DNA of 20,000 nucleotides, taken from the IMG/VR virus record IMGVR_UViG_3300027631_000013, one strand, 5' to 3'. The notes beneath the pieces are model-generated. The model was given only the letters and a program-made list of their open reading frames with translations. It made no database searches and was not told where the DNA came from. This stretch comes from an uncultured virus (IMG/VR IMGVR_UViG_3300027631_000013) (taxonomy: Duplodnaviria > Heunggongvirae > Uroviricota > Caudoviricetes). Below, piece by piece: positions 8,960 to 16,300 of the stretch. A program made the position numbers and the translations under genes. The stretch's first letter is position 1; every line of letters starts with the position of its first letter.

Positions 8960-10567
8960 CTATCCTCCTATGCCACCAGTTAGGTTTAAATTGATGTAAG
9001 GGTTTTTAGATTGAACTGCACCAACATTCATATAATTTGTTATAGTAAAAAATGGGTTAAAAGGCATCAAGCCTCTATTTCTACAAGAAGCACCTGCGCC
9101 AACAATATTATTTAATCTAAAGTCAGAATTTGCTGCATTTATAAAAGGATTTCCAGTTAAAATTATTTCATCTTCAACAAAATTTATATGGCTTCCTAGA
9201 GTATTTGGAGGTTCAGAACCTATAGCTCCATTATTATGGAAAGCATTAGTTACCATGTCATAAGCATTTGCATGATAACCGCTAGAGACATTAAATACTG
9301 TTCCAGAATTTCCAGCAAAGATATTATTAAATGTAAATATTGTTGTAACTCTGCTATCTGTATTTATCAGATTAATTAATTTTGGAGCTGTATTATTATA
9401 AAATGTATTATTATATAGATTTCTATTAAGGTAGCTTAAAACACTAATTAAATCTTGAGAAGCCGAATTGTTATATATTAAGCAATCTTCAAAACTTGCA
9501 TTAAAGAAGCATGTATTTCCAATAGCAGTACAGCCTGTCAAAACAGTATCATGGAAAAATGGAATATTGATATTAGTGCAATTTTGTACTAATCCTTTCA
9601 TCAATGTTCCAGTAAAATTTAAGCATCCAGTTAAGTTTTTAAAATGACAATTGTATATATTGCCACCATAGTTATTATTATTTATTGCTATTGAATTAAG
9701 ATTGTTTCCACCATCAAAAACAAAGTTTAATATTTTCATATAGCTTGTAGTTTTGATATATGTTGATGAAGCTCCTATACTTACTGTAACTTTTGATTGG
9801 TCATATCTATAAGTACCGTAACCTACTACATTTGGATAACATCCTGCTCCTGGAATTAATGTATCTGAGTTCCAATTATATGTGCCATCAGCTTTTACAT
9901 AAATAGTGGTTTTGTCAGATATTGCTGTTGATCCTATTAATGCTGTCTGAAGATCTGCCAATGCCCCACCTAAAAGACCAGTTCCTCCAGTGCTTCCTTG
10001 CGTTCCTGCAGCTCTGTCAATTGTAGCAGTATTCCCGATCATAGAAGAAATTACATACAATCCTGCGGTAAATCCTGAACCACTCATAATCCGTATACTA
10101 TTACCAATCATAGATGGATAAAAAGTATTGCCAGCTGATGTCAAACTTGTGGTAGTTAGTAAGGCTATATCGGAATAATTTTTTGACGCTGATGCTTTTT
10201 GAGAATAATCTATTGTCCAAGTTCCAGAAGATAAAGAAGCAGCAGATCCAATACCATCCCTAAAAGCTTCTTGCAAATTAGCATTTACTGCTTGAAACTT
10301 TGTAGCATTAACAATTGCAGATGTTCCGGCTATTGAAGAAATTAAATACCATCCAGGGTACCAGCTTGTTCCTGATTTTACATATAACCAATTTCCAACA
10401 TCAGAAGAAACAAAACTATAATTAGATGCGGTAACTGTTGGAAGTGTACTTGTGCCATTTGCTGAAGATAATGTCGCAGACATTGTAGTGTTAGGGTCAA
10501 ACACGCCTGAATTATTATTATTTCCTAGAGATTGCACTTCCCAATATGAATATAAACTGATAGCCAT
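8960..10567 (-). CDS. Putative right-handed parallel beta-helix receptor-binding/depolymerase-like protein, 535 aa; paralog of 7297-8958
   Basis: Rungs ILNFVFDG, IYNCHFKN, FEDCLIYNN, LYNNTFYNN, FNNIFAGN, VTNAFHNN; C-terminal NPFINAANSDFRL...NVGAVQ cap; TAATG overlap with the upstream gene; the only TAG stop in the window. Confidence 0.7.
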   Translation of the reverse strand: MAISLYSYWEVQSLGNNNNSGVFDPNTTMSATLSSANGTSTLPTVTASNYSFVSSDVGNWLYVKSGTSWYPGWYLISSIAGTSAIVNATKFQAVNANLQEAFRDGIGSAASLSSGTWTIDYSQKASASKNYSDIALLTTTSLTSAGNTFYPSMIGNSIRIMSGSGFTAGLYVISSMIGNTATIDRAAGTQGSTGGTGLLGGALADLQTALIGSTAISDKTTIYVKADGTYNWNSDTLIPGAGCYPNVVGYGTYRYDQSKVTVSIGASSTYIKTTSYMKILNFVFDGGNNLNSIAINNNNYGGNIYNCHFKNLTGCLNFTGTLMKGLVQNCTNINIPFFHDTVLTGCTAIGNTCFFNASFEDCLIYNNSASQDLISVLSYLNRNLYNNTFYNNTAPKLINLINTDSRVTTIFTFNNIFAGNSGTVFNVSSGYHANAYDMVTNAFHNNGAIGSEPPNTLGSHINFVEDEIILTGNPFINAANSDFRLNNIVGAGASCRNRGLMPFNPFFTITNYMNVGAVQSKNPYINLNLTGGIGG

Positions 10568-11982
10568 TAGATTCCGTATCTCCCTCTTAATGACTGGAAG
10601 TTTTGTTTTACTTCTGCAGCTGATAATGCTCTGTTATATATTTTGTATGCATAGATATTTGCACCTAAATAAGCGTCTGCACTAAAAGCTGATCTACCAA
10701 TCCAAGCATATTTATTAACAACATAAGGTACAAAGTTATTTTGAGTGCCATATAATGTTGTAGCTTGAAGATTAGCATTCATATATATTCTAGGAGTTTC
10801 AGGTGACACTGCATCTGTACTTCCAGGCCCAATAACAAATGTGAAGTTTTGAATTGTTCCGTTAGTTATTGCTGTTGTAGTAGTTCTAACTCCATTTTGA
10901 GTGCCTTGGGTTGTAGATGATCGTGATTCTAAAACAACCTCATTATTACCGCCCCATCTTGCAATAGTTAGATAAGCAGTGTTAGTACCAGCTCCATCAC
11001 TTGTATCTAAAAGCCTTCCCCAGCTGTTTGATGCATTAAACTTAACCCAAACATCTACAGTGGTTCCAGCAGTAAATGTATGGGTATATGCTGAAGCTAT
11101 TTGGATATAATCATTTGAACCATCTAAAAGAATTGATGATGTTAATCCACTACCAGCAAGAGTTGGGCCATTAACTAAAGTAGGATGATAATTGTAACCA
11201 CTCATATCAGCTAAAACAGTGCCAGAACCAGGATATGATAATGCACTAGCTGGATCAATATTAAGAATTAAATTGTCCCTAATAATATCTTCTTTATATG
11301 TGTATCTTGATTTTGTCGCAGAGTAATTTCTAGCTATTTCTGCATCTGTTAAAGCACGATTGTAAATAAACACTTGAGATACATAAATAGCAGCATTACG
11401 ACCAGCAAAAGCAGGGTTTTTACCTATAAACAGATTACTTGTCGAGCTTCTTAAGGTTCCTGCAATTGGATAACTAACTACTTGCAGTCCATTTAGCCAA
11501 CATTTAACTGTGTTTCCATCATAAGTAAATTGAACATTGTACCAAGTGTAGTCATTTATAAATCCAATTTCTTGACCTATTTCTGAACCACTAGAAGAAA
11601 TAGCAAATTGTAATTGTAGAGCACCAGTATTTCTTTTTCTTATGTCAAACGAAGGATATGGAGATGACACTTGTGAATTAGCAACTACGCAAGTGTTAGT
11701 GCCAAAAGTACTGAATGCGCCTGACCAGAACCAAACATTTACAGTGATATAGTCGTAATTGGGTTGAAAATTAGTGGATATAAAATCATCACTACCATCA
11801 AAAGCAAAATACCCAGCAAGATTAGAGGAAACTAAGGTGCCATTTTCCAAACCACCTGTAATTCCATTTCCCGCCAAGCTATATATTAAATTACCAGATC
11901 CAGGATAGCATTTAGGATTAGCTGCATCAAAAGCAAATTGTAAATCTTTTGCTACTATATTTGGTTGGTAACAGAGTGCCAT
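10567..11982 (-). CDS. Protein with two tandem LamG-like domains, 471 aa
   Basis: LQFAFDAANPKCYPGSG...FDGSDD...WYNVQFTYDG...IYNRALTDAEI and LILNIDPASALSYPGSG...LDGSNDY...IYNRALSAAEV; ends QNFQSLRGRYGI. Confidence 0.85.
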   Translation of the reverse strand: MALCYQPNIVAKDLQFAFDAANPKCYPGSGNLIYSLAGNGITGGLENGTLVSSNLAGYFAFDGSDDFISTNFQPNYDYITVNVWFWSGAFSTFGTNTCVVANSQVSSPYPSFDIRKRNTGALQLQFAISSSGSEIGQEIGFINDYTWYNVQFTYDGNTVKCWLNGLQVVSYPIAGTLRSSTSNLFIGKNPAFAGRNAAIYVSQVFIYNRALTDAEIARNYSATKSRYTYKEDIIRDNLILNIDPASALSYPGSGTVLADMSGYNYHPTLVNGPTLAGSGLTSSILLDGSNDYIQIASAYTHTFTAGTTVDVWVKFNASNSWGRLLDTSDGAGTNTAYLTIARWGGNNEVVLESRSSTTQGTQNGVRTTTTAITNGTIQNFTFVIGPGSTDAVSPETPRIYMNANLQATTLYGTQNNFVPYVVNKYAWIGRSAFSADAYLGANIYAYKIYNRALSAAEVKQNFQSLRGRYGI

Positions 11983-11983
11983 T

Positions 11984-13102
11984 TTAAATCTCTACTTTAA
12001 GCTTTGGCACATCCTTCCTTTCAGCCCATACCGAATAAAAACAATGGATTTTTTGGAATAATCTTGCACCAACAAAAACTTTATTATCTCTTATCTCTTT
12101 TACAAATATAGTCTTGTTGCCAATTGGAGTGAGATGAACTGTAATTGTATTTTCATCCACTAAACCTGTCCAATAATCAGGCAATTCTATAACATTAATA
12201 CCTTTTAATTCACCACGGAAATAAACACCATTTTCAGGTCCTTCTAAACTGGTGTATCTTAATCTCATTCCAGGCTTAGTAGGATGGGGAATAATAAAAG
12301 ATTTTAAAGTTGCAGATATTTCTCCATTAACTTCTAAATCGTACTCTGGATTTGTAAGACCAATACCAACTCTACTATTCAAGGTATCAATCACCATAAT
12401 AGTAGCACCAGTTCCAGTCCTGCAGAATTGAATACCTGAAATTGTATCTGTGCCTGGTCTTAAAACAACAGCAGAAGGAGAACTAAATAAAGGAGCGGAA
12501 ACAGCAGTCCCAGCATTTACAGAACCACCAACACCAAGTCCACCAGTAATAACAACAGCACCAGTAGTAGAGTTTGTAGATGCGGAAGATGATGTGAAAA
12601 ATGAAGTACCGCCAACATTGATACTTCCACCAACACCCACACCTCCAGTAATAATTAAAGCACCAGTTGAAGTTGATGTGGATGCCGTAGATGATGTGAA
12701 CTTAGAAACACCACCTACATTGATACTTCCTCCAACACCTACACCACCAGTTACAATTAATGCTCCTGTTGTTGTGGAAGTTGATGCTGTGGAAGAAGAT
12801 AGTGTTAATGTGCCAGAAAGATCAAGATTGGTTCCATAAATATCCCATCTAAGAGAAGTAGAACCTAAATCATATCCATTTGTACCTGGAACTAATGTGG
12901 CTGTAGCAGAATCATTGAAGGTGGCAAGGATGTTAGTTCCTATGCCACCTCCACCTGCTGAATAAAAGTTTGAATAACCTACAAAATTAATGGAGTCAGA
13001 AGCATTACCAGAAATAGCAATAGATTGTGTGCTGCCAGATCCAGCATTATCATTCCAGTAGATTTGACCTGAACTAGGGTCTATAATTACATCTACAGGC
13101 AT
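11984..13102 (-). CDS. Phage fibre protein, 372 aa, with 34-aa repeats and a C-terminal KSF..HP/LEGPE domain
   Basis: SD AAGGAG at 13110-13115. Motifs YDLGSTSLRW and RVGIGLTNPEYDLEVNGEISA, then KSFIIPHPTKPGMRLRYTSLEGPENGVYFRG...AERKD. Confidence 0.8.
   Translation of the reverse strand: MPVDVIIDPSSGQIYWNDNAGSGSTQSIAISGNASDSINFVGYSNFYSAGGGGIGTNILATFNDSATATLVPGTNGYDLGSTSLRWDIYGTNLDLSGTLTLSSSTASTSTTTGALIVTGGVGVGGSINVGGVSKFTSSTASTSTSTGALIITGGVGVGGSINVGGTSFFTSSSASTNSTTGAVVITGGLGVGGSVNAGTAVSAPLFSSPSAVVLRPGTDTISGIQFCRTGTGATIMVIDTLNSRVGIGLTNPEYDLEVNGEISATLKSFIIPHPTKPGMRLRYTSLEGPENGVYFRGELKGINVIELPDYWTGLVDENTITVHLTPIGNKTIFVKEIRDNKVFVGARLFQKIHCFYSVWAERKDVPKLKVEI
12510..12796 (-). repeat. About three tandem 34-aa (102-nt) repeats SSTASTSTTTGALIVTGGVGVGGSINVGGVSKFT
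   Basis: Read directly in the translation. Related units occur at least five times in the 1-2538 gene (about 750-915 and 1340-1625). Confidence 0.85.
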
Positions 13103-13106
13103 TTAA

Positions 13107-13364
13107 TTACTCCTTAACGATAATGCACTCGGTATATTCCAATAATTTTTCTATGATTGCAATATTTAAGTCTTTACCACTGCTTCCTAAATTAGTATAA
13201 TCACTACCACTAATAGAAAGTGTGTTTTTAACGATAACTCTATGTTCAGAATCAAGGAAGGAAAACACCATACGAATACCTGATTCTATGTTGATGTTCC
13301 CTTCCTCAATTTTAATGTATGCATAGTTTTGGTTATGCAAGCAATATATTCTGAATGTGTGCAT
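13107..13364 (-). CDS. Small hypothetical protein, 85 aa (possible fibre assembly factor)
   Basis: TAATG overlap with the long-fibre stop. Fills the gap exactly, and its last codons (AAG GAG) form the SD of the next gene. Confidence 0.7.
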   Translation of the reverse strand: MHTFRIYCLHNQNYAYIKIEEGNINIESGIRMVFSFLDSEHRVIVKNTLSISGSDYTNLGSSGKDLNIAIIEKLLEYTECIIVKE

Positions 13365-16300
13365 TATTTTTGTTCAATTACGAGTGGTGCATCCAATCTT
13401 GAACCATGAATAATATAGTCAACTTTAATAGTCTTCCAGAGTCTTGTCAATGGATCACCTGTTAATTGTATTGTAAAGTTATTTTCTGTTTTCTCAACGA
13501 TATGAGCGTTGTAATTACCCCATGATGTTAATTGGATTGAGTAATTGCTTCCTGCAAGTAAGTGCCAATACTCTGGTAATTCAACAACAATCTTGCCCTT
13601 ACCTTCGACTGTACCCCTATGATATACACCATGTTCAGGGCCTTCAAGAACACCGTACACAAGTCTCATACCTGGTTTTGTCGGGTGTTCAATATCAAAG
13701 CTCTTAGTTGTTGCTCTTAAGTTACCATTAGCATCAATTGAGAACTTAGATGTTGATGAAGAGTTCAAGCCTCTTATGAAGAAGTCAGAAGTAGAGTTGT
13801 CGTCTCCTGCAGCAGTGGTAATTGTTAAATAAGTACCGTTTGTAAGAGCAGAAGAAGTAACTGTTGTTGCTCTTGAAACTGCTACTGTAGTACCGTCATC
13901 AACAATTGCAGAATCAGCAAATTGAGTAGATGAAGATACCCATTTTGGAACTGTATTATTGGTTAAAGATGCAGCATTCTTAAGCGAAACTGTATGTACT
14001 GTGCCTTCACCAGTCGCAGCGCCTGTTGTTGCAATACCAGAGCCTGCTAAAACATTAGCTACATAATCACCAGTTGTATCAGTACCTAATGCTACAGAGT
14101 TAGCACCAATAGTAAGTGCAACGTTTGAAACATCAGCAGTGCCATCAATTGAGAATGAACCTGTAACATCTCCAGTCGCAAACGTCACTGTTCTAGATGC
14201 AATCCATTTTCCAGCTTGGCCTGCTACAGTAGCAGTAGTTGCATTACCAGAGAATGTAGTCGCTGTAATTGTATTACCAAGTGCACTTACACCTGAAAGA
14301 ACATAGACTGGTGTAGAACCAATAGAAGCATTACTTCTTGATCCAGTCATATAAATGGTAGATGTGGTGTCAAGGGTTATGTTTGTATTAGCAGCATTGG
14401 TGGCTGTTCCAGCACTACCAGCGTTTACAGCTGTTCCAGCACTACCAGCGTTTGTTGCAGTGGTAGCTGCGCCTGCAAAACCAGCGTTAACTGCTGTTCC
14501 AGCAGAGCCTGCAGTTACAGAAGTACCAGCAGAACCAGCATTGGTAGCAGTACCAGCTGTTCCAGCGGATACAGATGTACCAGCAGAACCTGCGGTAACT
14601 GAAGTACCTGCACTACCAGCTGTTACTGAAGTACCAGCGCTTCCGGCAGATGTTGCAGTAGTTGCATTACCAGAGAATGTATTCGCTGTAATTGTTCCAG
14701 CAGAGAAGTTACCAGAGCTGTCTCTGAATACTAATGTAGAAACAGTGTTTGTTGCTGTAGCATTGGAGTTGACAGTTAATGTAGCATTTTCGCCTGCTGT
14801 TCCAATAATTGAAATACCAGAACCAGATGCTTGTACGTTTGATACATAATTACCAGTTGTATCAGTGCCTAACGCTACAGAATCTGCAGCAATTGTAAGT
14901 GCAACGTTACTTACGTTAGCAGATCCGTCAATTGAGAAGGATCCAGTAACATCTCCAGTGGCAAAAGTAACTGTTCTAGCATTGGTCCATGAAGAAGCAG
15001 AACCTGTAATTCTAGTAGCATCAATTACACCAACTGTTCCAGAGAAAACTTCAGAAGAGTTTGTACCATCAGGAATAAATGTAAAGAATCCTGTTGAGTC
15101 ATCAAAACCAAAGAAACCAGTTTTAGCTGTTCCTGAGAAATACTTAAACTCAATACCACGGTCTTTATTATCATCAGTGCCTGGGTTAGTACCACCGATT
15201 GCACCACCAATAGTAATGATTGGGTCAACAATTGTTGATACTGTCGAGTCAACTGTTGTTGTTGTTCCTTGGATGGTTAAGTTACCAGCAACTGTAAGGT
15301 TGTCATTGACGTTTACAGTTCCACCAGTAGAATCTAATATAAGGTTACCTGTAGAAGTTGTAACTGTTCTATCTACTAAATCAATCTGTACTGAGCCAAA
15401 TGTTGCACCTGCAGCAGCAAATAAACCAGCTGCATCTCTGAATACAAGGGTAGAGTTTGTGTTGGTTGGTGTTGCATTCGAATCAATTGTAAAAGCAGTG
15501 CCTTCACCAGCTGCTCCAATTGTTGAAATACCACTTCCTGATGTAGCAACGCTTGCAGCATAGTTTCCAGTAGTGTCTGTTCCTAATGCAACAGAGTTTG
15601 CGCCAATTGTAAGTGCTACATCGGTGACGTTAGCAGTACCATCGATTGAGAAAGAACCAGTTACGTCACCTGTTGCAAAGGTTACTGATCTGGATGCTAA
15701 CCACTTTCCGGCAGCTCCTGCGTTTACAGCAGTTCCGGCACTACCAGCAGTTACAGAAGTTCCAGCAGAGCCAGCGTTTACAGCTGTACCAGCACTACCA
15801 GCAGTTACAGAAGTACCAGCAGAACCAGCGGTCACAGATGTTCCCGCAGATCCTGCAGTTACAGAAGTTCCAGCAGAACCAGCTGTAGTAGAAGTAGTTG
15901 CATTTCCTGAGAATGTTGTTGCTGTGATAGTATTGCCAAGAGCAGAAATACCACTGTCAACAAAGATTGCTGTGCCAGCAAAACCTGTTGAAGATCTAGA
16001 ACCAAGTAAATACAATGTACTTGTAGTATCAGTGTTAGTTGTAATTACTTGTGAAGAAGTAGCTGTGCCACTTAATGGACCAAAGAAATTAGAAGCAGTG
16101 ATTGCTGTTCCTGAGATGTTTGTTGAGTTTAATGTAACTAAACCAGTAACTGTAAGAGCAGTACCGCCTAAGGTTAATGTTGAACTTCCTAATGTTGTAG
16201 TAGAATTAGTTAAAGAAGCATTAGGAATATTTGTAGCACCAAAAGATGCAGAGTCACCAGAAGCATTAACAAGTAATGTAATACCAACACCAGCTACAAA

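Noticed and set aside
8933..8962. Stop-codon reassignment or read-through at the single TAG
   Set aside because: All genes are intact under the standard code. Read-through would add only a few residues before a TAA and is out of frame with the next gene.
8960..8985. C-terminal di-glycine (LTGGIGG) as a ubiquitin-like conjugation motif
   Set aside because: No beta-grasp domain or E1/E2/JAB genes here; the paralog ends in RG; the GGA GGA codons are explained by the embedded SD.
2626..11982. Diversity-generating retroelement or invertible shufflon acting on the LamG/beta-helix genes
   Set aside because: No reverse transcriptase or recombinase, no ~100-nt near-identical pair with adenine-specific mismatches seen, no intergenic room for a template repeat, and all genes are co-oriented. 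A remote element outside the window cannot be excluded.
14396..15883. 27-nt repeats as a CRISPR array or non-coding VNTR
   Set aside because: No unique spacers; units are in frame within a CDS and vary at synonymous positions; no cas genes.
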